From Minisyncoccota bacterium (GTDB taxonomy: Bacteria; Patescibacteriota; Minisyncoccia; Phycocordibacterales; UBA9973): a stretch of DNA of 64,000 bases. The stretch is taken from NCBI GenBank assembly GCA_041674285.1, contig JBAYVZ010000002.1, positions 14,600 to 78,599 on the forward strand. The letters are read 5' to 3'. Below the pieces are notes generated by a model. That model saw nothing but the letters and a program-made list of their open reading frames with translations, had not been told where the DNA came from and searched no databases. Every line of letters begins with the position of its first letter. The stretch's first letter is position 1. A program made the translations under genes and the position numbers. This document shows positions 26,835 through 35,826 of this stretch, one piece after another.

Positions 26835-28013
26835 ATGACGATCCAAAAGATACACAAAACATATATCCTGTCTTTCCTATTTGCTCTACATGTGGCCATC
26901 GCTGCATATATAAATTCGAGCTTCCTTACACAGATAGTATCTGAGAAATATGTAGGGCTGATATTCTCTATAGGGTCTATCATCTCACTTGTTTTCCTGT
27001 CCCAGAGTTCATCTATATTGAAAAGTTTTGGGAACAGAAAACTTGCATTATCTTTTATTTCGATGAATATATTGGGGGTACTGGGGATGATTTTATCGAA
27101 CCATCCGATACTCACCGGTATATCTTTTGTTGTTTTTAATGTTACAAATATATTATTCTTTTTCTGTATTGATATATTTGTAGAACATTTTAGCGAAAGG
27201 AGCACGATAGGAAAAGCTCGAGGAGTGTACCTGACTGTGTACAATATAGGATGGATGACTTCCCCATTTATTACAGGATTTCTAACTACATTAGGATATG
27301 GATACACTCCTGTATATATGATGTCATTGTTAATTGCATTAATAGTGATGATCGGATTTATATTCTGGATACCGTCATTCACAGATGCATCGTATGCCAA
27401 GGTACCATTTACCCAAGCTTACAAATTCCTCCGGGAAAAGCATCACCTTGGAGCTATCAATATAATCAATTTTATATTGCAATTCTTCTATGTGTGGATG
27501 GTCATATATACACCTATATACTTGATAGAACATATTGGTTTTACATGGAAGAGTCTATCTGTGATATTCACAGTCATGCTCATACCATTTGTAGTCATGC
27601 CTATCAGTATCAGTAGAGCGATAACACGATTTAATTTACACAAGACAAAGCTGATAATAATAGGGACATTGATTATGAGTTCTGCTACTGTACTCATTGC
27701 TTTTAATCATACGAATAGCATAGTATTGTGGGCAGTGCTCCTATGTATGACTCGCATTGGTGCATCGACAGTAGAAGCAGTATCAGAGATATACTTCTTT
27801 ACTCACGTAAAAGAAGAAGACGCTCACCTACTATCACTATTCCGAGATATGGCCCCACTATCCTACCTAGTAGCACCATTATTAGGAACTGCGGTACTGT
27901 CACTACTACCGTTTAATTATTTATTCATAGCATTAGGTATAATAGTACTATCTATACTATACTATGTACCTAGACTAAAACATTCATCAGATGAACTTCA
28001 CTTATCCAATTAG
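26835..28013 (+). CDS. MFS transporter
   Basis: 392 aa; about 12 predicted TM helices in two 6-helix halves. Confidence 0.6.
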   Translation: MTIQKIHKTYILSFLFALHVAIAAYINSSFLTQIVSEKYVGLIFSIGSIISLVFLSQSSSILKSFGNRKLALSFISMNILGVLGMILSNHPILTGISFVVFNVTNILFFFCIDIFVEHFSERSTIGKARGVYLTVYNIGWMTSPFITGFLTTLGYGYTPVYMMSLLIALIVMIGFIFWIPSFTDASYAKVPFTQAYKFLREKHHLGAINIINFILQFFYVWMVIYTPIYLIEHIGFTWKSLSVIFTVMLIPFVVMPISISRAITRFNLHKTKLIIIGTLIMSSATVLIAFNHTNSIVLWAVLLCMTRIGASTVEAVSEIYFFTHVKEEDAHLLSLFRDMAPLSYLVAPLLGTAVLSLLPFNYLFIALGIIVLSILYYVPRLKHSSDELHLSN

Positions 28014-28716
28014 AATAAACAGATACCTAGCGCTCAATAACTACGCCACTCGAAAAGGCGCAGATGTACTTGTCGAAAAAGGACACGTATTGATAAATGG
28101 CAAGAAAGCTATACTAGGAGACCTAGTGTATGAGAATGACGAGGTGGAGGTACGAGAGAGCGCAGTAAAACGTGATTATGTATATTATGCATATAACAAA
28201 GCTCGAGGAGTATCTACTAATCCAGAAAAAGGATGCAAGGATATCCTAAAAATTACAAAATTTAATGAAAAAGTATTCCCTGTCGGACGCCTAGACAAAG
28301 ATTCTCACGGATTGATTATCATGACAAATGATGGACGTATAACAGACAGACTGCTCTCCCCTAAATACATCCACGAAAAAGAATATGTAGTAAAACTCAA
28401 ATTAGATTTCTCTGATATATTCCTAGACATGATGGGGACAGGAATAAGAATCGATGGTTTTACCACAAAGAAATGTAAGATATGGCGCGCCACAAAGGCT
28501 GGTAAGCCAAGTACTGACACATTCAAGATAATCCTCACAGAAGGCAAGAAACGTCAGATTAGACGCATGTGTGAGGCCCTACACCATGATGTCCTAGACC
28601 TATTCCGTACACGTATTATGAATATCCAGATCGGAAAGATCGCAGATAGTGATTACAGAAAGATAGAGGGTCAGGAGCTTAAAGATTTCCTAGGCCTATT
28701 GGGTATAGAAAAATAG
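27991..28716 (+). CDS. pseudouridine synthase, RsuA/RluB family (S4 domain + catalytic domain)
   Basis: 241 aa; S4 RNA-binding N-terminus, catalytic Asp motif (PVGRLDKDSHGLII). Confidence 0.8.
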   Translation: MNFTYPIRINRYLALNNYATRKGADVLVEKGHVLINGKKAILGDLVYENDEVEVRESAVKRDYVYYAYNKARGVSTNPEKGCKDILKITKFNEKVFPVGRLDKDSHGLIIMTNDGRITDRLLSPKYIHEKEYVVKLKLDFSDIFLDMMGTGIRIDGFTTKKCKIWRATKAGKPSTDTFKIILTEGKKRQIRRMCEALHHDVLDLFRTRIMNIQIGKIADSDYRKIEGQELKDFLGLLGIEK

Positions 28717-28727
28717 TTTAAATAGAT

Positions 28728-28768
28728 ACGAACAAAAGCCCCGGCATACTGCCGGGGCTTTTTTGCAC
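28728..28768. terminator. bidirectional terminator
   Basis: gccccggca-tac-tgccggggc followed by a T-run. Confidence 0.8.
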
Positions 28769-28769
28769 T

Positions 28770-30743
28770 CTAATTAGCCTTCTTACAAGAACTGTTAATC
28801 AACTCCCTCGTCTTTGGTCCTACTAATCCATCACCAGTGACACCAAATTTGTTTTGCATTTTAACAACTATTGATTTTGTATTTGGTCCAAATATTCCAT
28901 CCTCTTTGACTGGTCCGTATCCTAGTCTGTTCATATGAGATTGGAGTATCTTTACATCACTGACTACATTCTTGGTATATGTATTGTACACACCGTCTCT
29001 GGCTCCAGATCTGATCTTTTGAGTTAATGCAGTACACTTTGTATTTGGAATTGTAGTTGGTGTAGGAACAGTGACTGGTACTACGACAGGAGCGGGTGCA
29101 ACTACGACTGATACAGCAGGGGCAGAGTATCTTGAAGATGAAGAAGAACTTCCATATCTTCTAGGGCACGATGATGTAGTAAATGTATCGTCAGATCCAT
29201 TTGTAGTACCTGCTGTGTTAGTAGAGAAAGCACGGTAGTGATATGTAGTATTACATGAGAGTCCTGTGATATCTGCAGTATATGCACCAGTACTGTATGA
29301 ACCTGATTCAGATGATGTAGATCCGTAGCTGTCTGTTAGGCCATAGTGGAATCCACGGGCAGTGTTGTTCTCACCTCCTGTGTTTGTGATGTTACCACCT
29401 AGTGTCGCAGTCTCAGTAGTGATACTGGATGCAGATGTAGTGGAGATTGTAGGGGCACATGCTGTAGTAGTGAAAGTAGAATCAGAGCCATTGGTCGTAC
29501 CTGCTGTATTTGTAGCAAATGCACGGTAGTGATACAGAGTGTTACATGATAGTCCTGTGATATCTGCAGTGTATGCACCAGTACTGTATGAACCTGATTC
29601 AGATGATGTAGATCCGTAACTGTCTGTTAGACCGTAGTGGAATCCTCGAGCAGTGTTGTTCTCACCTCCTGTGTTTGTGATGTTACCACCTAGTGTCGCA
29701 GTTGTGGCAGTTACGCTAGATGAAGATCCGGTGGTGATTGTGGGGGCGACAGTATATGTGATATCTGCGGTCCAAATATTCATATTAGAACTTCCAACTG
29801 CAATTTTTGTTCCATCAGCTGACAAAGCAACTACAGATGAATCTCTAGATCCAGCAGATGTTTGACTTGTCCACGTAGCTCCGCTATCACCTGATATATA
29901 AACATAATCACTATACCCAGATGCTGCAATCTTAGTACCATCAGAAGACATAGCTACCGATGCCCACTGACGACTACCAGAAGAATTACTATTTGTAGAC
30001 CAAGTCACTCCACTATCTGTGGATGTATATATATAACCACCACTATCTGCTGCTGCAATTTTTGTACCATCAGAAGACATAGCGATTGAGGACCACTGAC
30101 GACTACCAGAAGAATTACTATTTGTAAACCAAGTCACTCCACTATCTGTGGATGTATATATATAACCACCACTATCTGCTGCTGCAATTTTTGTACCATC
30201 AGAAGACATAGCAACTGATGTCCAATTCCTATCCCCTGCAGCATTTAAATTATTGGTCCAATTGGCACCACTATCCCCTGAAGTATAAACTTTTTCATAA
30301 TATCCCAAAGCTACTAGCTTTGTACCATCGGAAGATGAATCAACACCTTTCCAATAACGAGAAAATCCGGAAGGTGCCACTGGGTCAGAAACTATCTGTG
30401 TCCAAGTAGCTCCACTATTTGAAGAAATATAAAGATAATCATTATAAGCTGATGCTATCAGTTTTGTTCCATCAGAAGATGAAGAGATTGAATTCCAGTT
30501 TTTACTACCTGAAGAATTTCCGTTTGTAGACCACGTTACCCCACTATCCGTAGAAGTATAAATATAACCAAAAGATACTGCAGCAGCGAGCTTTGTACCA
30601 TCGGAAGAAGAAGCTATGGCATTCCACGATGCAACACCAGAACCTGTATGCTCTGTCCAAGTAGCAGATACAGCAGAAGCTTGCATTGGCAAGAGACTCA
30701 CGACTAGAAACAAGATAGATAAAATTGAATAAAATTTTTTCAT
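28770..30743 (-). CDS. secreted cell-surface protein: BNR/Asp-box beta-propeller + two Fn3-like repeats + C-terminal peptidoglycan-binding domain
   Basis: signal peptide MKKFYSILSILFLVVSLLPMQASA; at least 6 SxDxGxTW Asp-boxes; duplicated 97-aa Fn3-like modules; PG_binding_1-like C-terminus; TGnTATAAT promoter element upstream. Confidence 0.7.
   Translation of the reverse strand: MKKFYSILSILFLVVSLLPMQASAVSATWTEHTGSGVASWNAIASSSDGTKLAAAVSFGYIYTSTDSGVTWSTNGNSSGSKNWNSISSSSDGTKLIASAYNDYLYISSNSGATWTQIVSDPVAPSGFSRYWKGVDSSSDGTKLVALGYYEKVYTSGDSGANWTNNLNAAGDRNWTSVAMSSDGTKIAAADSGGYIYTSTDSGVTWFTNSNSSGSRQWSSIAMSSDGTKIAAADSGGYIYTSTDSGVTWSTNSNSSGSRQWASVAMSSDGTKIAASGYSDYVYISGDSGATWTSQTSAGSRDSSVVALSADGTKIAVGSSNMNIWTADITYTVAPTITTGSSSSVTATTATLGGNITNTGGENNTARGFHYGLTDSYGSTSSESGSYSTGAYTADITGLSCNTLYHYRAFATNTAGTTNGSDSTFTTTACAPTISTTSASSITTETATLGGNITNTGGENNTARGFHYGLTDSYGSTSSESGSYSTGAYTADITGLSCNTTYHYRAFSTNTAGTTNGSDDTFTTSSCPRRYGSSSSSSRYSAPAVSVVVAPAPVVVPVTVPTPTTIPNTKCTALTQKIRSGARDGVYNTYTKNVVSDVKILQSHMNRLGYGPVKEDGIFGPNTKSIVVKMQNKFGVTGDGLVGPKTRELINSSCKKAN
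29150..29730. repeat. 291 bp tandem duplication (2 copies) encoding the Fn3-like modules
   Basis: cacggtagtg anchors at 29231 and 29522; copies about 90% identical. Confidence 0.85.
29936..30225. repeat. 129 bp near-identical tandem repeats (2.2 copies) inside the BNR-protein gene
   Basis: taccatcagaagacatagc... units at 29936, 30065 and 30194; about 96% identical; encode 43-aa BNR blades. Confidence 0.9.
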
Positions 30744-30787
30744 GTAATGGCAATAAATAATTGTAATATACATACTATTATACAATA

Positions 30788-30828
30788 CCCACAAAAAAAC
30801 ACCACGAATGTGGTGTTTTTTTGTGGGT
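30788..30828. terminator. bidirectional terminator (rpsR / BNR-protein gene)
   Basis: acaaaaaaacaccac-gaat-gtggtgtttttttgt. Confidence 0.75.
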
Positions 30829-30829
30829 A

Positions 30830-31030
30830 TTATTTTGCTACGTATGGTAGTAGACCCATGAATCTTGCGCGCTTTACAGCTTCTGCTAGCTTGCGTTGAT
30901 TTTTAGCTGTGACACTTGTGCGTCGGCGAGCCATCATCTTTGCAGCTGGAGACAAGAAACGTTTTAGCAATTCGATATCTTTATAATCGATATGCTTTAT
31001 GTTGTTTGAACTAAAGTAATCTTGTTTCAT
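30830..31030 (-). CDS. rpsR: 30S ribosomal protein bS18
   Basis: 66 aa; [12 protein letters not shown]...[18 protein letters not shown] matches the S18 signature. Confidence 0.85.
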   Translation of the reverse strand: MKQDYFSSNNIKHIDYKDIELLKRFLSPAAKMMARRRTSVTAKNQRKLAEAVKRARFMGLLPYVAK

Positions 31031-31147
31031 CCCGTTAGAGATAGGAAGTCCTGAGACTTCCGTATCTTATTGATTATTGTTAATAATATAGACCTGAGTA
31101 TTTTTTGATACTACCCGATAAAGACATAACGAAACATCTCTAACGGG
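31031..31147 (-). mobile_element. MITE-like element, copy 3 (117 bp) filling the ssb-rpsR intergenic space
   Basis: TIR cccgttagagat/atctctaacggg; tttcat duplicated on both sides; internal hairpin ggaagtc-ctga-gacttcc (compensatory changes relative to copies 1 and 2). Confidence 0.6.
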
Positions 31148-31160
31148 ATTTCATAATTTT

Positions 31161-31610
31161 TTAGAATGGGATATCCTCTACATTGATTGCATCATCTGGG
31201 TATTCGATACTGTCCATTGATGAATCTTCTTTTGGAGCTGGTGCCCCAGGAGTAGAAGGTCTTGGGCTACCAGATGGTGATCCAGTAGAACCAAATTGTA
31301 CACGGTCAGCGATGACTTCAGTGCGATACTTCTTTGTACCAGTGCCTGCATCATCCCAACTTCTTGTCTGCATTCTTCCTTCAATCATAACCTGACTACC
31401 CTTTTTCATGTATTGAGCCACTGTTTCTGCTTGGCGTCCGAATACTACGATATTGTGATAATCAGCAGCTTCTTGTTTTGCACCATTTGCATCTTTCCAG
31501 ACACGATTAGTTGCTACAGAGAAACTACAAACTTTGATTCCAGAAGGCAGTGCCTTTATCTCTGGATCACGAGTCAAATTTCCGATAATAAATGCTTTGT
31601 TTAAGTACAT
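31161..31610 (-). CDS. ssb: single-stranded DNA-binding protein
   Basis: 149 aa; OB-fold N-terminus, Gly/Pro-rich linker, acidic C-terminal tip DIPF. Confidence 0.85.
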   Translation of the reverse strand: MYLNKAFIIGNLTRDPEIKALPSGIKVCSFSVATNRVWKDANGAKQEAADYHNIVVFGRQAETVAQYMKKGSQVMIEGRMQTRSWDDAGTGTKKYRTEVIADRVQFGSTGSPSGSPRPSTPGAPAPKEDSSMDSIEYPDDAINVEDIPF

Positions 31611-31724
31611 CCCGTTAGAAGCAGGAAATGTTTACATTTCCGTTACTTGGTTATTGTTATAATATCGACATAAATAGAATATTATTTATATTTACCCGCT
31701 CTAGCCATAAAAGCTTCTAACGGG
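31611..31724 (-). mobile_element. MITE-like element, copy 4 (114 bp) filling the rpsF-ssb intergenic space
   Basis: TIR cccgttagaagc/gcttctaacggg (perfect 12 bp, variant sequence); tacat duplicated; hairpin ggaaatg-ttta-catttcc. Confidence 0.6.
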
Positions 31725-31733
31725 ATACATATA

Positions 31734-32207
31734 TTATTCTAGCACGAGAGCGTCGATTTCTTTATCAACAGCCTCTTCATCGATCGGAGCCATCTCTGCC
31801 TCTGTCTTTGTGTGCGCTGGCTTGCGGCGTGGACCGTCAGCTTTGTATGCACGCTTTTGAGACATAGTATTCTCGCGAACAGTCTTGATCATGATGTAGC
31901 GGATGAATGTCTCATTCTTGTCCATCATGTCTTTGATAACAACTGCAGCTTCTGTATTTGTCTCAAACTTTACCCAGCCAAAGTATCCATAAGAAAACTT
32001 TTGCTTTTTGTTCATAATACTGCGACTCATTTCATATGCTAGTTCCATCATACGAGGATACTCATCTGAAATAAATGTCACACCTTTTGCAGTTAAAATA
32101 TCTTTAAATGCTGTAACTTCTGCACCTAGATTCTCTTCTGCGATAGAAGGAACCATAAGGTAACCTATCTCATACACACTTGTACGAGCTTTTGTTTCAT
32201 TTTCCAT
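31734..32207 (-). CDS. rpsF: 30S ribosomal protein bS6 with acidic C-terminal extension
   Basis: 157 aa; S6 fold-like N-terminus (YEIGYLMVPS); conserved rpsF-ssb-rpsR order. Confidence 0.65.
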   Translation of the reverse strand: MENETKARTSVYEIGYLMVPSIAEENLGAEVTAFKDILTAKGVTFISDEYPRMMELAYEMSRSIMNKKQKFSYGYFGWVKFETNTEAAVVIKDMMDKNETFIRYIMIKTVRENTMSQKRAYKADGPRRKPAHTKTEAEMAPIDEEAVDKEIDALVLE

Positions 32208-32341
32208 GATTTTTGCGTAAAAATACGCTTATAATTACTACTTTTAAAATACTGTTGTTGTGGACCTTTGTATCCCCGTTTTCAGTACGAGGATAAACGA
32301 CAGTAGAGTTATATTAGCAGAAAAACCCTATTTTGGCAAGG

Positions 32342-32411
32342 CCCGTTAGAAGCCGCCCCCGATAGTAATCGGGTGACTACGGTCACCCTGGGGCGACCTG
32401 CTTCTAACGGG
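32342..32411 (-). mobile_element. MITE-like element, copy 7 (70 bp, GC-rich interior)
   Basis: same TIR as copy 4 (cccgttagaagc/gcttctaacggg); flanked by caagg direct repeat; interior forms nested hairpins (cccga-tagtaa-tcggg, gtgac-tacg-gtcac); not at a start codon. Confidence 0.55.
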
Positions 32412-32417
32412 CCAAGG

Positions 32418-33260
32418 TTATATTTTGAACACCCTTTTAGCATTGGCTATGATAGTCTCTGCCACTACTTCAGGGTCCAGACCCTTTATCTCAGCGATTT
32501 TTTTTGTGATTTCTTGTACATATACGGGTTCATTGCGCTTGCCTCTATAAGGCTTTGGACTGACATATGGCGAGTCCGTCTCTGTCATGATCATATCAAT
32601 CGGAGTCTGCCTTATCACCTCATCATAGTCATGGGTGAATGTGACTACCCCTGTAAAAGATAGAGTAAAACCAAATTCTACAAATGCACGAGCGACATCT
32701 GGTGAACCAGCAAAAAAGTGCACATCCCCTTTTACCTTGGCATGTTGTTTTAAAATTTCTAGTGAATCAGCATATGCATCATATGTCTTATCCTCGGGAT
32801 TATTGCGGATGTGGAGCATCAGTGGCTTGCATACTTCATTTGCGATTTCAATTTGTCCGATGAATGCTTCTTTTTGTTTTTGTATTGTCTCTGGAGTACA
32901 CCTGTAATAATCCAATCCGCACTCACCGACTGCGACTACTTTTGGATCACGGAGTAATCCTATGTATTTTTCTTTATCAAAAATTTCTCCACGAGAAGTG
33001 AATTCTATTCCACCCTCACCCAATTCCTTTTCATCGTGATATGAGGCGCCAGTATGTATCGGATGCAGTCCGATGATGGCATATACGCCCTCATTATATT
33101 CATGTGCCATCTCCACCGCCTTGCGACTTGTGTCTATCTGTGTACCCACATTTATCACCCATGTATCCGCATCGAGTGCCCTACGAATAACAGCATCACG
33201 ATCTTCATCGAATGCCTTGAAATTCACATGTGAATGTATGTCTATATATTTTGGTGTCAT
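32418..33260 (-). CDS. tatD: TatD family metal-dependent hydrolase/DNase
   Basis: 280 aa; IDIHSHV N-terminal His pair and TIM-barrel TatD motifs. Confidence 0.85.
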   Translation of the reverse strand: MTPKYIDIHSHVNFKAFDEDRDAVIRRALDADTWVINVGTQIDTSRKAVEMAHEYNEGVYAIIGLHPIHTGASYHDEKELGEGGIEFTSRGEIFDKEKYIGLLRDPKVVAVGECGLDYYRCTPETIQKQKEAFIGQIEIANEVCKPLMLHIRNNPEDKTYDAYADSLEILKQHAKVKGDVHFFAGSPDVARAFVEFGFTLSFTGVVTFTHDYDEVIRQTPIDMIMTETDSPYVSPKPYRGKRNEPVYVQEITKKIAEIKGLDPEVVAETIIANAKRVFKI

Positions 33261-34745
33261 TTAATCCTTTCTTAAAAATAGTGGGACCTCCGGCTTTTTA
33301 TTTTCTTTTATTAAAGCTTTTAGTTTTACATTTGTCTCCGGCATTATTGGATTGAGCATTCGCGCGATAGTATAAAGTTCAAGTATCATTTCAGAAATTA
33401 ATTGCTTACCTTTTTCTGGGTCAGTTTTTACAACCTTGAATGGCTCAGTAGTTTGAATTTTTTTATCCAATTCTTGTATTTTATCCCAAATACTATCAAC
33501 TGCTTTTTTGATATCAAAAGATTCATACAGAGAAAAGTATTCAGAAAAATCTGTTCTTTCTGGAATCTCAGGACACTGGTCTAAATATTTTTCAGAGAGA
33601 GTTAATAATCTTGAAGAAAGATTCCCCAATCCATTCGCAAGGCCACTGTTGTATGAATCTTTGAATCTTTCGATAGTGAATGGTGAATCTTCAAATGAAG
33701 ACACTTCACGAAGAAGGAAATAGCGCAGTGCATCTGTGCCGTATTCGGATACGATATCCTGCGGATCAACTACATTACCCAATGTCTTGGACATCTTCAG
33801 TCCTCCATCAGCTGTGATGAATCCATTGATCACTATCTGCTTTGAATTTGGCACTCCTGCAGCCATGAGCATTGACTGCCACATTGCACTCTGAAAGCGT
33901 AGATTATCCTTGCCACAGTATTGTGTGGGTGAACCATTGACCCAGTATTTCTGGAATTTTTCACTTGCGACAAGTGCATCGAGTGTATCTACTCCATCGT
34001 CGGCCAAGGTAGAGATATAGTTTGTAAGTGCATCGAACCATACATACATCACATGATCAGAGTCATCTGGCACGGGTATACCCCATGGCATCTTGGTAGC
34101 GAGGCGTGAAATAGAAAAATCTTGTAGACCTCTTGCGACGAATGCTTTGATCTCGTTGTAGCGGAAATCTGGCACGACAAAATTTGGATTTGCATTATAA
34201 AAATCTGTGAGCTTTTCTGTAAAAGCAGAATACTTGAAGAAATAATTTTCTTCTTCGATGACTTCAAGTGCGCGTCCAGGATGATCCGGACACTCCCCAT
34301 TTACCAGTTCACTATCAGACTTTTCAGACTCACAACCTACGCAGTATTTTGTCTGATAATTTTTCTTGTAGATATAACCATTCTCTTTACACTTCATCCA
34401 AAAACTTTGTGCAATCTTCTCATGCCTCTTGTCAGTAGTACGGATAAAATGTATATCATCGGATAATCCAAAGATATTTACAGACTCGCGAAAATTTTGA
34501 AAACTATGATCGACGAATTCTTGCGCAGTCAGGTTTTGTGATTGTGCTTTCTCGTAGATCTTCATACCGTGCTCGTCTGTACCAGTATTGAAATACACAT
34601 CAAAATCATTGAGCTTTTTGTATCGTACTATCGCATCCGCACGCACAAATTCCAATGCATGCCCCATATGGAGATTTGCATTTACGTATGGTAGTGTAGT
34701 TGTCAGGTAAAATGGTTTTTTATTCATATTAATTCGTTCGGGCAA
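33261..34745 (-). CDS. metG: methionyl-tRNA synthetase
   Basis: 494 aa; HMGH (NLHMGHAL) and KMSKS (KMSKTLGN) class I motifs. Confidence 0.9.
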   Translation of the reverse strand: MPERINMNKKPFYLTTTLPYVNANLHMGHALEFVRADAIVRYKKLNDFDVYFNTGTDEHGMKIYEKAQSQNLTAQEFVDHSFQNFRESVNIFGLSDDIHFIRTTDKRHEKIAQSFWMKCKENGYIYKKNYQTKYCVGCESEKSDSELVNGECPDHPGRALEVIEEENYFFKYSAFTEKLTDFYNANPNFVVPDFRYNEIKAFVARGLQDFSISRLATKMPWGIPVPDDSDHVMYVWFDALTNYISTLADDGVDTLDALVASEKFQKYWVNGSPTQYCGKDNLRFQSAMWQSMLMAAGVPNSKQIVINGFITADGGLKMSKTLGNVVDPQDIVSEYGTDALRYFLLREVSSFEDSPFTIERFKDSYNSGLANGLGNLSSRLLTLSEKYLDQCPEIPERTDFSEYFSLYESFDIKKAVDSIWDKIQELDKKIQTTEPFKVVKTDPEKGKQLISEMILELYTIARMLNPIMPETNVKLKALIKENKKPEVPLFLRKD

Positions 34746-35799
34746 GAATCTTTTTCTTTTCTATATCATCTAGGAATTCCAGTAGACACACAGCACCAGG
34801 AATAGCGAGTATCACACCCCAGAATCCAGCCAATTCAAAACCGATAATCACAGCGAGTATCACCACGAGTGGAGATATACCTACCACCTTTTTGATTATC
34901 AATGGGGCGATGAGATATGTCTCAAATTGATGCAGTATTATATATATCACAAAACTCATGATAGCCATAGGTATACCACCAGATAGGAACCCAAACATGA
35001 TAGCCGGCACCATAGCCAGATATATACCAAAAGGAATCAACTCAAACAATGCAGTGATGATCGCTATGACCAGAGAGTACTGTACTCCGAGTATGGTCAG
35101 TGATAGGTATGCGAGCATTCCTATAATCACACCTAGTAGCAGCTGACCCTGCATCCATAGACCAATCTTTCTCTCTGTCCTCTGCCATAGAGATATCGCA
35201 TATTCCTCATGAGCATCAGGGATAACTATTCTTAGGAAATTCTCAATACCTTTTTCTTTTGCCGAAAGATAAAAAGATATAATCACGATTAGGATTAGAT
35301 TGAATACACTACCAAAAGCATTCCCAGCTACTTCAAAGAATCCACCAGAGAAAGTAGATATCAGATTCTGAGTACTCTTTATCAAATCAGGCAGAGAGGC
35401 TTTACTAGAGGATATTGTCTTTACTACATTTTGAGCTCCACTAATAGTATCTGTCTGGAAACTATTTAGGATACTACTATTGGGTATGTATTTGCCTAGC
35501 TGAGCTACGAGACCAGACATCTCACTCACAAACACAGGTATAAAGATAGAAGACAACCACACTAGCAGACTGATAGTAACAGTATAAATCAGGAAGACAG
35601 CGAGAGTTCTATTTGGGATGAACTTCCGTAATTTCAAGAATGAGAACTCTACAAAAGAAGCCAACACTATAGACGTCAGAGTGACGAGTATAATATTCGT
35701 CAATTTGAATAATGCCAACATTATCAAGATAAATACAAAAATCCGCACCAATGTACTAGTAGATATGCTAACCTCATGTTTTGTAATATGTTCACTCAT
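34729..35799 (-). CDS. AI-2E family transporter
   Basis: 356 aa; 7-8 TM helices with PF01594-like C-terminal core. Confidence 0.7.
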   Translation of the reverse strand: MSEHITKHEVSISTSTLVRIFVFILIMLALFKLTNIILVTLTSIVLASFVEFSFLKLRKFIPNRTLAVFLIYTVTISLLVWLSSIFIPVFVSEMSGLVAQLGKYIPNSSILNSFQTDTISGAQNVVKTISSSKASLPDLIKSTQNLISTFSGGFFEVAGNAFGSVFNLILIVIISFYLSAKEKGIENFLRIVIPDAHEEYAISLWQRTERKIGLWMQGQLLLGVIIGMLAYLSLTILGVQYSLVIAIITALFELIPFGIYLAMVPAIMFGFLSGGIPMAIMSFVIYIILHQFETYLIAPLIIKKVVGISPLVVILAVIIGFELAGFWGVILAIPGAVCLLEFLDDIEKKKILARTN

Positions 35800-35826
35800 A
35801 ATTATGATTATAACACAATTTACAAC

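Noticed and set aside
29150-30225. Near-identical repeats inside the BNR-protein gene considered as a diversity-generating retroelement VR/TR pair
   Set aside because: Differences between copies are not adenine-specific, the repeats are in-frame tandem protein modules, and no reverse transcriptase gene is nearby.
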